Positions 34,788 through 45,590 of a stretch of 64,000 nucleotides of DNA are shown here, in pieces. Source of the DNA: Patescibacteria group bacterium (GTDB lineage: Bacteria > Patescibacteriota > Patescibacteriia > JACRDY01). The DNA lies in NCBI GenBank assembly GCA_041653535.1, contig JBAZFH010000001.1:214175-278174 (forward strand), written 5' to 3'. The notes under the pieces are model-generated. The model worked only from the letters and a program-made list of their open reading frames with translations, did no database searches and was not told where the DNA came from. Each line of letters begins with the position of its first letter. Within the stretch, counting starts at the first letter, position 1. Position numbers and translations under genes: made by a program.

Positions 34788-35591
34788 ATGAATATTATTG
34801 AAGTAAAAGGATTGACGAAGAAATTTGACGACTTTATGGCGGTCGACAATATTTCTTTTGACGTGGCTAAAGGAGAGGTTTTCGCTTTTCTTGGTCCCAA
34901 CGGCGCCGGCAAATCAACAACAATAAAAATGTTGACCACGCTTTTGACACCCACTAGCGGTGAAGTTTCGCTCGCCGGTCACGATACTGCTCGGGATCCA
35001 GCTGATGTTCGTCGATCGTTTGGCATCGTTTTTCAAGATCCGAGTTTGGACGACGAGCTGACAGCTTTGGAAAATATGGAGTTTCACGGCGTTCTTTATA
35101 GCGTGCCAAAAAAATTGCGACGCGAGCGCACTGAGCAATTGATGAAATACGTTGATTTGTGGGATCGTAAAGATAACTTGGTTAAAGAGTTCTCTGGCGG
35201 TATGAAACGACGTCTGGAAATTGCCAGGGGACTACTACATCATCCACAAGTGATTTTTTTGGACGAACCGACGCTCGGTCTTGATCCGCAGACGAGAAAT
35301 TATATGTGGAACTATCTACAGGAGCTAAATAAAACCGAAGGTACGACTGTATTTTTTACTACTCACTATATGGAAGAAGCCGAACGTATCGCCCAGAGGA
35401 TTGCGATTATCGATCATGGCAAGATTGTTGCTTCTGGTACTGCAGCGCAGCTCAAAGAATTAACCAAAAAAGATACGTTGGAAGATGCTTTTTTGGCGCT
35501 CACCGGTAAAGCAATCCGTGAAGACGAGGGGAGTGTTCAAATGGATAAAATGCGTCGAATGCATGCCATGCACGCTGGTGGGAGAAAATAA
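34788..35591 (+). CDS. ABC transporter ATP-binding protein
   Basis: Walker A GPNGAGKST, signature LSGGMKRRL, and Walker B. Confidence 0.9.
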   Translation: MNIIEVKGLTKKFDDFMAVDNISFDVAKGEVFAFLGPNGAGKSTTIKMLTTLLTPTSGEVSLAGHDTARDPADVRRSFGIVFQDPSLDDELTALENMEFHGVLYSVPKKLRRERTEQLMKYVDLWDRKDNLVKEFSGGMKRRLEIARGLLHHPQVIFLDEPTLGLDPQTRNYMWNYLQELNKTEGTTVFFTTHYMEEAERIAQRIAIIDHGKIVASGTAAQLKELTKKDTLEDAFLALTGKAIREDEGSVQMDKMRRMHAMHAGGRK

Positions 35592-35601
35592 TAATAAAAA
35601 T

Positions 35602-36348
35602 ATGAAAACTATTTACATATTGTGGTTAAGACAAATTAAACGTTATCTACGATCACGTTCGAGGATTGTCGGTTCGCTAGCGCAACCGCTACTTTTTTTA
35701 GTCTCGCTTGGTTATGGCTTTGGTCCGATTTTTCAGAAAGCGGGGCAGGGCAATTACATTAATTTTCTAGCGCCGGGAATTATCGGCATGAGTATTATTT
35801 TTACTGCCATATTTTCCGGGTTGGAAGTGATTTGGGATAGACAGTTCGGTTTTCTCAAAGAAACACTGGTTGCCCCAGTATTGCGTCTTAATATTATGAT
35901 TGGTCGTACGCTAGGCGGTGCGACAGTAGCGACAATGCAAGGCGTTATCGTGTTTTTGATATCACTTATCGCTGGATTCCGTCCATACAGCTGGTCTTTT
36001 TTACCATTGGTGATCGTGGTGATGTTGCTGATCGCGTTACTTTTTACCGCCCTAGGAACACTGATTGCGTCTTTTCTTGATGACATGCAGGGATTTCAGT
36101 TGATTGTTAACTTCCTTGTCATGCCGTTATTTTTCCTTTCGGGCGCGCTTTTTCCTCTTCAAGGTTTGCCGACAGTTATAGTTACTATCGCTAGATTTGA
36201 TCCATTGTCTTACGGTATTGATGCGCTGCGCGGATTTTTGATTAATAGCTCACATTTCGGGCTAGGAATAGACTTTTTGGTTTTAGGAGCGGTGACGGTT
36301 GTTTTGCTTTCACTTGGCGGTTATTTCTTTTCCAAGATTCAGATCTAG
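35602..36348 (+). CDS. ABC-2 type transporter permease
   Basis: Six TM helices. Start at Met MKTIYILWLRQ; the track ORF overlaps upstream. Confidence 0.75.
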   Translation: MKTIYILWLRQIKRYLRSRSRIVGSLAQPLLFLVSLGYGFGPIFQKAGQGNYINFLAPGIIGMSIIFTAIFSGLEVIWDRQFGFLKETLVAPVLRLNIMIGRTLGGATVATMQGVIVFLISLIAGFRPYSWSFLPLVIVVMLLIALLFTALGTLIASFLDDMQGFQLIVNFLVMPLFFLSGALFPLQGLPTVIVTIARFDPLSYGIDALRGFLINSSHFGLGIDFLVLGAVTVVLLSLGGYFFSKIQI

Positions 36349-36626
36349 ATATTTGAGCTAAAAAGAGTCAGTCTGTTTTTGAGTTGACTTCTTTTTGCTT
36401 GAGTTGATCAAAACGGTTTTTGGTGTTAAGCTGGTAGTACAACCTAATCAAGTGGGTCTAAGCAGGGGTATAAGAAAAATACCGTTGCCCCTTTTGAGTA
36501 TACAGGGGATGGGGATAAAGAATTAGTATTTAGTATATTGTTATAGGGGATTGTTTTTGCGAACGAGAGGTATAAAATCCCTACATTCTATATACTACAT
36601 ACTACATACTATCTATATACTAATTT

Positions 36627-38555
36627 ATGGAATTTAAATTAAAATCAAATTTTAAACCAAAAGGTGATCAGCCAAAAGCGATCAAGGAGTTAGTCGCCGG
36701 GTACGAAAAATACCCGCAGCAGACTTTGCTGGGCGTCACCGGTTCGGGCAAGACCTTTACTGTTGCCAATATGATAGCCAAGGTGGGTAAACCGACCTTA
36801 ATTTTGTCGCACAACAAAACTTTGGCAGCGCAGCTGTACAACGAGTTTCGTGATTTTTTCCCAGAAAATAAGGTTTGTTACTTTGTTTCTTATTATGACT
36901 ACTATCAGCCGGAGAGCTATTTGCCGATTACCGATACTTATATTGAAAAAGACGTTCAGATAAACGAGAAGATCGAGCAGCTGCGACTTGAAGCTACGGC
37001 CAGTCTAATGTCGCGCGACGACGTGATTGTTGTGGCGTCGGTTTCTTGTATTTACGGTCTCGGTCGGCCGGATAGTTTCAAGGCCAGCGCTTTTGAGCTT
37101 CGAGTTGGTCAAAAAATCACTCCACGCGAGCTGGTCGGGGAGCTGGTTAATATTCAATATGAAAATAGCGATTTGCGTTTACACTCGGGAACTTTTCGTT
37201 TGCGCGGTAGTATTGTCGAAGTAATCGCCGGATCGGCTTCGACGGTTTGGCGTTTCGAGTTTGACGAAAGCAGACTCGTTAAGATTACTGAGCTGAATCC
37301 AATTTCTTTCAAAAAAATAGGCGAGTTGTCTCGTGTCTGGATATTTCCGGCCCGACATTTCGTGGCCAATCCGGAAGAAGTGAAAAAAGCGATGGCCAGT
37401 ATTCGCACCGAGCTAAAGGAACGCTTGCCGCAGCTTGGTCAGATTGAAGCCTACCGTTTGGAAAAAAGGACTAATTATGACCTAGAAATGATCGAGCAGT
37501 TTGGTCACTGCAAAGGAATAGAAAACTATTCTCGACATTTTGATGGGCGACTACCTGGTGAAAAGCCGTATACTTTGATCGATTATTTTGCTGCTAAAGG
37601 CGACTGGATGATGGTGATTGATGAAAGTCATGTGTCTTTACCACAGGTGCACGGTATGTATGCCGGCGACCGTGCGCGTAAGGCCAATCTAATTGATCAC
37701 GGTTTTCGCTTGCCGTCGGCCTATGACAACCGGCCACTGACTTTTGAAGAATTTGAAAAATATCTCGGTCACGTGGTTTATACCACAGCAACGCCGGCAG
37801 ATTATGAACGGCAGAATTCCGGTCAGATCGTCGAGCAGATTATTCGTCCGACCGGACTGATCGATCCAGAAATTATTATCAAACCGGCTGAAGGTCAGAT
37901 TAAAGACGTCGAAAAAGAAATCCGTAAGGTGATTGATAGCGGTTATCGTGTTTTGGTCACCACTTTGACCAAGCGTTTAGCCGAAGACCTGACCAATTAT
38001 TTGACAGAACAAAATATTAAGACCCGATATTTGCATAGCGAAATCGACACTCTGGAAAGAACCAAGATTTTGCACGATTTGCGTTTGGGTAAATTTGACG
38101 TGCTGGTTGGTATCAATCTTTTGCGTGAAGGACTGGATATCCCCGAAGTGGCGTTAGTAGCAATATTGGACGCAGACAAAGAAGGTTTTTTGCGCAACGC
38201 GCGTAGTTTGATTCAGACTATCGGTCGCGCAGCTCGTAACGTTGATGGCAAGGTAATAATGTACGCCGATATTGAGACTGGATCGATCAAAGAAGCGGTG
38301 AGTGAAACCAATCGTCGTCGTCAGATACAGAGGGAATATAATACCAAGCACGGCATTACGCCGCAGAGCATTAAGAAAGGAATCAGAGAAAGCGAAGAAG
38401 TTATTTTGCCAGAGTTAAAAGGTAAAGACCTTGATCGCGAGCAGATGATTGTTGAGCTGGAACTAGCGATGCAAGCGGCAGCGGAGGAATTAGACTTTGA
38501 GCGAGCAATAGAACTGAGGGAAAAGCTAAAAGGGCTTAAGGGGAAAAAGGAATAG
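36627..38555 (+). CDS. uvrB: excinuclease ABC subunit B
   Basis: GVTGSGKTFT helicase motif I, beta-hairpin region, and C-terminal UVR domain. Confidence 0.9.
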   Translation: MEFKLKSNFKPKGDQPKAIKELVAGYEKYPQQTLLGVTGSGKTFTVANMIAKVGKPTLILSHNKTLAAQLYNEFRDFFPENKVCYFVSYYDYYQPESYLPITDTYIEKDVQINEKIEQLRLEATASLMSRDDVIVVASVSCIYGLGRPDSFKASAFELRVGQKITPRELVGELVNIQYENSDLRLHSGTFRLRGSIVEVIAGSASTVWRFEFDESRLVKITELNPISFKKIGELSRVWIFPARHFVANPEEVKKAMASIRTELKERLPQLGQIEAYRLEKRTNYDLEMIEQFGHCKGIENYSRHFDGRLPGEKPYTLIDYFAAKGDWMMVIDESHVSLPQVHGMYAGDRARKANLIDHGFRLPSAYDNRPLTFEEFEKYLGHVVYTTATPADYERQNSGQIVEQIIRPTGLIDPEIIIKPAEGQIKDVEKEIRKVIDSGYRVLVTTLTKRLAEDLTNYLTEQNIKTRYLHSEIDTLERTKILHDLRLGKFDVLVGINLLREGLDIPEVALVAILDADKEGFLRNARSLIQTIGRAARNVDGKVIMYADIETGSIKEAVSETNRRRQIQREYNTKHGITPQSIKKGIRESEEVILPELKGKDLDREQMIVELELAMQAAAEELDFERAIELREKLKGLKGKKE

Positions 38556-38586
38556 AGTATAGAGTATAGAGTATAGAGTATAGAGG
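38553..38586. repeat. tandem heptamer repeat (AGAGTAT)x4-5
   Basis: Seen directly. Inverted counterpart (ATACTCT words) at 39083-39110; related TACTACA words at 36580-36625. Confidence 0.9.
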
Positions 38587-38592
38587 GGGGGG

Positions 38593-38961
38593 TTATTTGC
38601 TTTCAGTGCTGCGTAGAAGACCGGTTAGCAGTCTGCTGCAATCATCGGTCATAACAGATAACTTTTGATAAATATCGATTTTGAGATAACCAATGTCACT
38701 GGCGACTATCAGTTGAGCCTGAAGTTCTGTTAGCGATCCCTTGGAGATAGAATAAAATTGTGATTTCTCTGCCTTGGACCTTCGAGAAAAGCCTTCGGCG
38801 ATGTTTGATACAACAGAGATTGCTGCGCGGCGTATTTGGTTGGTTAGACCATAAACTTCTTTTGATGGAAAAGACTCGGTTGTCTGATAGATTTCTTTAG
38901 CTAAGACTCTGGATTTTTGCCAGGCGATTAGATCGGTGAATGATTTTATTTTGTCTGTCAT
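38593..38961 (-). CDS. four-helix-bundle protein (23S rRNA intervening-sequence protein family)
   Basis: EVYGLTNQIRRAAISVVSNIAEGFSR signature. Confidence 0.75.
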   Translation of the reverse strand: MTDKIKSFTDLIAWQKSRVLAKEIYQTTESFPSKEVYGLTNQIRRAAISVVSNIAEGFSRRSKAEKSQFYSISKGSLTELQAQLIVASDIGYLKIDIYQKLSVMTDDCSRLLTGLLRSTESK

Positions 38962-39115
38962 AATTTTAGCTTATTAATTAGGTAAAATATTAAATTGATT
39001 ATAAAGTTATATTAAACGAAGAAAGATTAAAAAATCCTAAACTTTTTATTAAATATAGATAAAACGTGGATATCTATCCCGCTATACTCTATACTATATA
39101 CTCTATTCTAACCCT

Positions 39116-41980
39116 ATGAATCAATCCGAAAACATCCAGGTCCGCGGCGCGCGGGAACACAATCTAAAAAATATCGACGTTGATATACCGATAAATAAAT
39201 TCACGGTGATTACCGGTTTATCAGGCTCGGGTAAATCGACGCTCGCTTTTGACACTATTTACGCCGAAGGTCAGCGCCGTTATGTAGAAAGTCTGTCGAG
39301 TTACGCCAGACAGTTTTTGGGCGTGATGGGTAAACCCGATGTCGACAGTATCAAGGGTTTGTCGCCGGCGATTTCTATCGAGCAAAAAAGCATTTCGCAC
39401 AATCCGCGTTCGACTGTCGGCACGATTACTGAGATTTACGATTATTTGCGTTTACTTTATGCCCGTATTGGCGTACCGCATTGTCCGCTTTGTGGCAAAG
39501 AAATTTCGCCACAGGATCCGGAAAAAATCACCAAAAGTTTGTTAGCTGAGTTTACCGGACAAAAGGCGCAAATAATGGCGCCGGCGATTCGCGGTAAAAA
39601 GGGAAATCACGAGCAGGTTTTTATCGATCTCAATAAACAAGGTTATGTGCATGTTCGTGTTGACGGCAAGACCATGGAAGTTACTGATTTTTTTGGTCCG
39701 GGCAAAAAAGAATTGGTGCGTTACGCGGCACATAATATCGAAGTGATAGTTGATACGATCAAAGTTGAGCCGGCAGATAAAAGTCGTTTGCATCATGCAG
39801 TTGAGATTGCGCTCAAAATTGGCGGCGGACTGGCTATCGTGGCGTTAGAAAAGTCAGCTGCTGCTCATCATGTCAAAAAAAGTGCAATCACCGAAAAAAT
39901 ATATTCGCAGCATCTGGCCTGTCCGGATTGCGGTTTTAGTCTTGATAAACTGCAACCGCGCATGTTTTCTTTTAACTCACCATTTGGTGCTTGTCCGATT
40001 TGTCATGGTCTTGGCTTTATCCAAAAGTTCGATCAAGATTTGATTGTGCCAGATAAAACGCTCAGTATTTCTGATGGCGCTATCAAACCGCAAGGATTTT
40101 CCGCCCACGGATTCTTTTTGCAGATGATGGAAAAGCTAGGGCAAAAATATAAATTCAGTCTCGACGTGCCATTTGAAAAATTACCGCAAAAGGCGCTGGA
40201 TATTATTTTTTACGGTACTAACGACAAGATTGATTGGCGGATTGATTCCAGCACCACTGATACTTATTGGGAGTGGACTGGTCGCTGGGAAGGTATTATC
40301 CCGCGTCTGGAAAGACTTTATAAACAAACCGAATCAGAATCTCGACGCCAGGAAATGGAAAGATTTATGTTTGAAAAACCGTGCGGCGCATGTTCCGGCG
40401 CTCGGCTCAAAGAAGAAAGCTTGGCCGTGACTATTGCTGGCAAAAATATTAGCGAGTTGACCAGCATGTCGATAAAAGAAGAGTTGGAGTTTATAAAAAA
40501 ATTAAAATTAGATAAAACCGAAGTACAGATTTCCCACCAGCTACTCAAGGAAATTAACGATCGTCTCGGGTTTTTGGTTGATGTTGGTTTGGACTATTTA
40601 AATTTAGCCAGAAGGGGGAGTACGCTGTCCGGCGGTGAAGGCCAGCGCATTCGTCTAGCAACTCAGATTGGTTCCGAGCTCCGTGGCGTGACTTATATCC
40701 TCGACGAGCCGTCGATCGGTCTGCATCAACGCGACAATCAAAAGTTGATAAAAACGTTACAAAACATGCGTGATATTGGTAACTCTGTGATTGTTGTGGA
40801 GCACGACGAAGAGACGATCATGTCGGCCGATCACGTAGTGGATATTGGTCCGGGCGCCGGAGTGCATGGTGGTCATGTTGTTGCCGAAGGTACACCAAAA
40901 CAAATTATTGCGAGTAAAAAATCTCTGACCGGAGCTTATTTGTCCGGCCGCAAAAAAATTAAAGTGCCAGCCAAACGTCGCCGACCGCACGGGTTTATTA
41001 GTATTGCTGGTGCTGAGCATAACAATCTGAAAAAAGTTAATGTCGATTTCCCGGTTGAAGTTTTTTGCTGTGTCACCGGCGTATCTGGTTCCGGCAAATC
41101 GAGCCTGGTTTCTGACACGCTTTATCCGTTACTTGCCAAAAAGCTTTACAATACCAAAATCGAAGTCGGCAAATATCGCGCGGTGGAAAATTTTGGTTAT
41201 GTCGATAAGGTGATTATTATCGATCAATCGCCGATTGGTCGCACGCCGCGTAGTAATGCGGCTACTTACACCGGTGTTTTTACTTATATGCGTGATCTTT
41301 TTGCGCAGAGTAAAGAAGCCAAAACTCGCGGCTACGGTCCGGGACGGTTTAGTTTTAACGTCGAAGGCGGCCGCTGCGGTAACTGTGAGGGCGACGGCGT
41401 GATTAAAATCGAAATGCATTTTTTGCCTGATGTTTACGTGACTTGCGAACAATGCAAAGGTAGTCGTTACAACGAAGAAACGCTGCAAGTAAAATATAAA
41501 GACAAAAGCATTGCCGAGATTTTGGATATGACTGTGGAAGAAGCGCTTAAATTTTTTCAGCACATTCCGCGGATCGAGAGTAAACTGCAGACGCTTTTTG
41601 ATGTTGGGCTTGGGTATATCAAACTTGGTCAATCAGCTACGACGCTATCTGGCGGCGAAGCGCAGCGCATCAAGCTCACCGCCGAGTTGTCAAAACGCGA
41701 TACTGGGCGTACTCTTTACATATTGGATGAACCGACGACCGGGCTACATTTTGCTGATATCGAAAAGTTGCTCGAGGTGATAAATCGTTTGGTAGACAAG
41801 GGTAACAGTGTACTGGTGATCGAGCACAACCTCGACGTGATTAAATCCGCCGACTGGGTGATTGACCTTGGTCCTGAGGGCGGCGACCGTGGTGGGCAGA
41901 TTATTGCCAAAGGTACACCGGAAGATATTGCCAAGGATAAAGATAGCTATACGGGGAGGTTTTTGAAAGAGGTGTTGTAA
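39116..41980 (+). CDS. uvrA: excinuclease ABC subunit A
   Basis: Two ABC ATPase modules (GLSGSGKST and GVSGSGKSS), zinc-finger CxxC pairs, 954 aa. Confidence 0.95.
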   Translation: MNQSENIQVRGAREHNLKNIDVDIPINKFTVITGLSGSGKSTLAFDTIYAEGQRRYVESLSSYARQFLGVMGKPDVDSIKGLSPAISIEQKSISHNPRSTVGTITEIYDYLRLLYARIGVPHCPLCGKEISPQDPEKITKSLLAEFTGQKAQIMAPAIRGKKGNHEQVFIDLNKQGYVHVRVDGKTMEVTDFFGPGKKELVRYAAHNIEVIVDTIKVEPADKSRLHHAVEIALKIGGGLAIVALEKSAAAHHVKKSAITEKIYSQHLACPDCGFSLDKLQPRMFSFNSPFGACPICHGLGFIQKFDQDLIVPDKTLSISDGAIKPQGFSAHGFFLQMMEKLGQKYKFSLDVPFEKLPQKALDIIFYGTNDKIDWRIDSSTTDTYWEWTGRWEGIIPRLERLYKQTESESRRQEMERFMFEKPCGACSGARLKEESLAVTIAGKNISELTSMSIKEELEFIKKLKLDKTEVQISHQLLKEINDRLGFLVDVGLDYLNLARRGSTLSGGEGQRIRLATQIGSELRGVTYILDEPSIGLHQRDNQKLIKTLQNMRDIGNSVIVVEHDEETIMSADHVVDIGPGAGVHGGHVVAEGTPKQIIASKKSLTGAYLSGRKKIKVPAKRRRPHGFISIAGAEHNNLKKVNVDFPVEVFCCVTGVSGSGKSSLVSDTLYPLLAKKLYNTKIEVGKYRAVENFGYVDKVIIIDQSPIGRTPRSNAATYTGVFTYMRDLFAQSKEAKTRGYGPGRFSFNVEGGRCGNCEGDGVIKIEMHFLPDVYVTCEQCKGSRYNEETLQVKYKDKSIAEILDMTVEEALKFFQHIPRIESKLQTLFDVGLGYIKLGQSATTLSGGEAQRIKLTAELSKRDTGRTLYILDEPTTGLHFADIEKLLEVINRLVDKGNSVLVIEHNLDVIKSADWVIDLGPEGGDRGGQIIAKGTPEDIAKDKDSYTGRFLKEVL

Positions 41981-42083
41981 ACAATTAATAATTACTAATT
42001 ACGAATTAATAATAAAAAGGGTTGACAAAAAGGGGAAATAGGAGAAAGATAAGTATAATAAACGATAAATAATAAATAAGTAT

Positions 42084-42500
42084 ATGGCTGATGTTAAGTT
42101 AAATTTTCTCCTAGTTTGTGAGCAGGCATTGGTTGTTAACGAGGACAAGGGTGTAAAGGTCAGTGTTATTAATATTATAAATAGAATAACCGCGCCTAAC
42201 TTGCCTGCTTTTTTTCCTAAATTTAGTGTAGTAACAAAAATAACCGGAGACAAAGGGGTATATGATCAAGAAATTAAGATAGTATCTCCTTTGGGGAAAC
42301 CTTTGGCTGGAGCTAGTGGTAAATCTAAGATTGACGATGCTTTTGGTCATACGTTTGTAGCAGATTTTTCAAATGTTCCGCTTTCTGATTCTGGTAAATA
42401 TAAAATTGAAGTATCAATAAAAAAAGACGATGAAGAGGCGTTTTCTGTTATTAGTGATAATAGTGAGAATAATTTTTTTACGTTAGACATAGTTCAATAA
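42084..42500 (+). CDS. hypothetical protein
   Basis: 138 aa with no family recognised. Confidence 0.4.
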   Translation: MADVKLNFLLVCEQALVVNEDKGVKVSVINIINRITAPNLPAFFPKFSVVTKITGDKGVYDQEIKIVSPLGKPLAGASGKSKIDDAFGHTFVADFSNVPLSDSGKYKIEVSIKKDDEEAFSVISDNSENNFFTLDIVQ

Positions 42501-42504
42501 AATT

Positions 42505-43203
42505 ATGCCTGGAGAGAATGAAAAAAATAGTAGAAAAGATGATAAGACCATTGTTCCGCAGCCTGTTAATAATGCCGCCGGTGGAGGGAATCAGACGGTC
42601 GGCGGCGTTGATGATGGAGCGAGTCGGACGGTCGTCGATGTTGTCGGTGGTAGCGAGCCAACAACCAAAGAGATTGATTATCGCGAGTGGTTTTTAAAGG
42701 ATCTTAAATATAAGATTGATAGGCTGGATAACTCTATATCTACTATTGATAAATTGGAGGGCAGGGTGGAAAAAGCAGAAGTGAAGGTAGAAAAAATAAC
42801 GGATAGATTAGAGGATAAAGTAGGGAAGATTGAGGTTAAGGTGGAAGAAGGATTAGGGGAGATTGAGAGAAGTATACAGGTCACAACTAAAGATGTGGGT
42901 GATAAAATGTATACTTTCTTTGTTGGCGGTCTTCTCGTTTTAGGGCTCATGGTGTTAGGTGTAATTTTAGAATTTTGGTTTTATAATGTTTCTGGACATA
43001 GCGAATTAGGTGATAAAATTAATAACGTTCAACGAGATGGCGCGGCGTTAGCAAATGGTTTAAAAGAAAAAATTTATTCGGATGACGGATTGAGTGGCTC
43101 GATTTATTTGTTGGATGATAAAGTTAATATTTTGAATAACAATGTTAATAATATTAATGGTAGAATAGACGATTTAAAATCGAAGAATCGATATCTGAAA
43201 TAG
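42505..43203 (+). CDS. hypothetical coiled-coil protein with one TM segment
   Basis: KVEKITDRLEDKVGKIEVKVEE repeats; TM helix FFVGGLLVLGLMVLGVILEFWF. Confidence 0.4.
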   Translation: MPGENEKNSRKDDKTIVPQPVNNAAGGGNQTVGGVDDGASRTVVDVVGGSEPTTKEIDYREWFLKDLKYKIDRLDNSISTIDKLEGRVEKAEVKVEKITDRLEDKVGKIEVKVEEGLGEIERSIQVTTKDVGDKMYTFFVGGLLVLGLMVLGVILEFWFYNVSGHSELGDKINNVQRDGAALANGLKEKIYSDDGLSGSIYLLDDKVNILNNNVNNINGRIDDLKSKNRYLK

Positions 43204-43272
43204 TTTAGAAAAATTTAATCTTGGATGTTATAAGCTGGTAGGTGACTGCCAGTTTTTTAATTAGAGGAACAC

Positions 43273-43377
43273 GCCCGGCACCCCTCCTTGTTCCTCCCCT
43301 TGGCAGGGGAGGAGACTAGACGGAGTCTGTCTTATAGTTCTCCCCCTGCCAAGGGGGAGACGGAGGGGGTGCCGGGC
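43273..43377. repeat. GC-rich imperfect palindrome (~105 nt; outer stem GCCCGGCACCCCTCC/GGAGGGGGTGCCGGGC with two inner hairpins)
   Basis: Seen directly, immediately 5' of the DUF559 start codon. GC content is far above the genome background. Confidence 0.8.
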
Positions 43378-43770
43378 ATGGAATCAAGCACCAAATATAT
43401 TTTTATGGGTCAGTTATATAACCGCAAAAAATTTAAACATCTTCGCACCAAGCTACGTCGTAATTCCACCAAATCAGAAGATAGGTTGTGGCGAGAACTA
43501 CGCGGAGAGCAGTTGGGTTACAAATTTCGGCGGCAATATGGAATAGAAAATTTTATAGTTGATTTTTATTGTCCCAAATTAAATTTAGTTATTGAAGTCG
43601 ACGGCATATCGCATGACAGCGAAGAGGCACAAATAAAAGACGCTAGGCGCGAAGAGTATTTACGCAGCAGGGGGATTAAGGTTTTGCGCTACACCTCTAG
43701 CGAGGTTTTTAAAAATATTGAAAGCGTGACAAACGACATAATGGAAAATTGCGGTAAGCCGTATGTTTGA
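43378..43770 (+). CDS. DUF559 (Vsr-like endonuclease fold) domain protein
   Basis: EDRLWRELRGEQLGYKFRRQYGIENFIVDFYCPKLNLVIEVDGISH...GIKVLRY matches the PF04480 pattern. The track start at 43288 would translate the palindrome. Confidence 0.75.
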   Translation: MESSTKYIFMGQLYNRKKFKHLRTKLRRNSTKSEDRLWRELRGEQLGYKFRRQYGIENFIVDFYCPKLNLVIEVDGISHDSEEAQIKDARREEYLRSRGIKVLRYTSSEVFKNIESVTNDIMENCGKPYV

Positions 43771-43810
43771 CACAAAGACCCTTTCGCGGTTTAATTGAGC
43801 TAAAGAAAAT

Positions 43811-44275
43811 ATGAAAAACATTGTCATCGTTGCTATCGGTAAAATCAAAGAAGCGTCTTATCGTGATCTATGTGCGGAATATGTGAAACGATTGCGGCCT
43901 TACGTTAAGGTTGAAATAGCGGAAATAAAACCCGAGCCTTTTGGTGCTGGTGATAAGCAGCGAGCAAAAAGCAGAGAAGGTGACAGGTTGCTAGACTTCC
44001 TAGCCAAATACGAAAGCGCGCAAGTTTATTTGCTTGATGAACACGGTAAAGAATTCACTTCGGTTGATTTTGCCAAATTTTTGGACAAGAAAAATGAGAC
44101 GTTAATTTTGGTTATTGGCGGAACACTGGGTTTTGCGCCGGAAGTTTCAAACAAATATAAAAACAAGATTGCTTTGTCACAGTTTACCCTACTGCACGAA
44201 CTAACGCGCGTCGTGCTGCTAGAACAGATTTACCGCGCGGTAACGATAATTAAAGGTAAGGAATACCATTATTAG
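43811..44275 (+). CDS. rlmH: 23S rRNA (pseudouridine1915-N3)-methyltransferase RlmH
   Basis: SPOUT fold, about 155 aa, with MKNIVIVAIGKIKE...LILVIGG motifs. Confidence 0.8.
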   Translation: MKNIVIVAIGKIKEASYRDLCAEYVKRLRPYVKVEIAEIKPEPFGAGDKQRAKSREGDRLLDFLAKYESAQVYLLDEHGKEFTSVDFAKFLDKKNETLILVIGGTLGFAPEVSNKYKNKIALSQFTLLHELTRVVLLEQIYRAVTIIKGKEYHY

Positions 44276-44403
44276 TTGAAAGTCTGAAAGTTATAAAGTT
44301 GAAAGTTTTGGTATTTAACTTTACAACTTTCTACTTTTGGTTGTTCTAACAACCAATCCCGCCTGGGCGGGATGCCGGCAAAGCCGGCACTTTATAACTA
44401 TTT

Positions 44404-45393
44404 ATGAAAATAGCTGAATTAAAACAAGTCCTGTCTGATCAACCGAAATACCGCTTAGTCCAAGTCTATCAGGCGATTTTTGTTGACCTGATTGACGACT
44501 GGTCAAAGGTGACGGCGTTACCCAAAGATTTGCGGGAGAAACTCGCGGCAAACTGTCCGCTCGATATTAACGCGCAAAAATTTATTTCTCGTGATGGTAC
44601 GGTTAAGGCACTCTTTACTCTGGAAGATGATAAGAAAATCGAAGGCGTCTTGATGCGCAGTCGCGACGAGCGTAACACTGTTTGTGTTTCTTCACAGGTT
44701 GGCTGTCCGCTCGGGTGCCTATTTTGTGCTACCGGACAAATGGGTTTTCAGCGCAACTTAACTGTCGATGAAATAGTCGAACAAGTTTTATTTTTTGCTC
44801 GAGAAGTAAAAAGGGAAGACAGCAAAATCACCAACATTGTTTTTATGGGCATGGGTGAACCGTTTTTGAATTATGACAATGTTTTGTCGGCGATTCGGTT
44901 TCTCAACGACAAGGAAACAATGAATGTTGGCGCTCGGCGTTTTTCCATATCAACTATCGGTATTATCGACGGTATCAAAAGACTGGCCAAAGAAAGAATG
45001 GAAATCAATCTGGCGATTTCTCTCCATGCGCCAAACGATTCGCTTCGCGATCAACTGATGCCGATTAACAAAAAATACTCGATCAAAAAAGTTATTTCCG
45101 CGGTTGACGATTATATCAAAATTACCAACCGTCAAGTGATGTTTGAATATTTGTTGATCAAAAATATTAACGACCACCCGGAGTTAGCTAGTGAACTAGG
45201 GGTGTTGATGAAAAAACCACTCTACGTCGTTAACTTGATTTCGTACAATCCAACCGGCAAGTTTTCCGCTACGGAAAAAGAGGGTCAGGATAAATTTAAA
45301 AAAGTTTTGGAAGAAGCCGGAGTCAAAGTCACCTTGCGTCACAGTTTTGGTAAAGATATTGCCGCGGCCTGTGGTCAACTGGCAATAAAATAA
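44404..45393 (+). CDS. rlmN: 23S rRNA m2A2503 methyltransferase / tRNA m2A37 methyltransferase RlmN (radical SAM)
   Basis: CPLGCLFCATG radical SAM motif and GMGEP. Confidence 0.85.
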   Translation: MKIAELKQVLSDQPKYRLVQVYQAIFVDLIDDWSKVTALPKDLREKLAANCPLDINAQKFISRDGTVKALFTLEDDKKIEGVLMRSRDERNTVCVSSQVGCPLGCLFCATGQMGFQRNLTVDEIVEQVLFFAREVKREDSKITNIVFMGMGEPFLNYDNVLSAIRFLNDKETMNVGARRFSISTIGIIDGIKRLAKERMEINLAISLHAPNDSLRDQLMPINKKYSIKKVISAVDDYIKITNRQVMFEYLLIKNINDHPELASELGVLMKKPLYVVNLISYNPTGKFSATEKEGQDKFKKVLEEAGVKVTLRHSFGKDIAAACGQLAIK

Positions 45394-45590
45394 AAAGTGA
45401 TGCCGAAGGCATCATCCTGAGTCCCGCATCGCGGGACGAAGGATCAATAAAGTTGAAAGTTACAAAATGAAAAACCATGCCAAAGTGGGAAATCGGGCGG
45501 GAAGACCGGCGTACAGAACACCGGCGACTTTTCGGTTGAGAAAGTCTATTCAAAATTTATCAGTAAAAAGTAAAAATAATTACCAAAAAT

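Noticed and set aside
38553-39113. Tandem heptamer/word arrays as CRISPR arrays
   Set aside because: The units are 6-9 nt and directly contiguous with no spacers, and no cas genes are nearby. These are simple-sequence word repeats, not CRISPR.
40757-41632. Long antisense ORFs inside uvrA (for example 41129..41632 -, 40757..41020 -)
   Set aside because: They lie within a strongly supported 954-aa UvrA reading frame and are typical antisense artefacts.
43288-43377. 5' extension of the DUF559 ORF
   Set aside because: It would translate the GC-rich palindrome (MFLPLAGEETRR…). The conserved DUF559 domain begins after Met at 43378.
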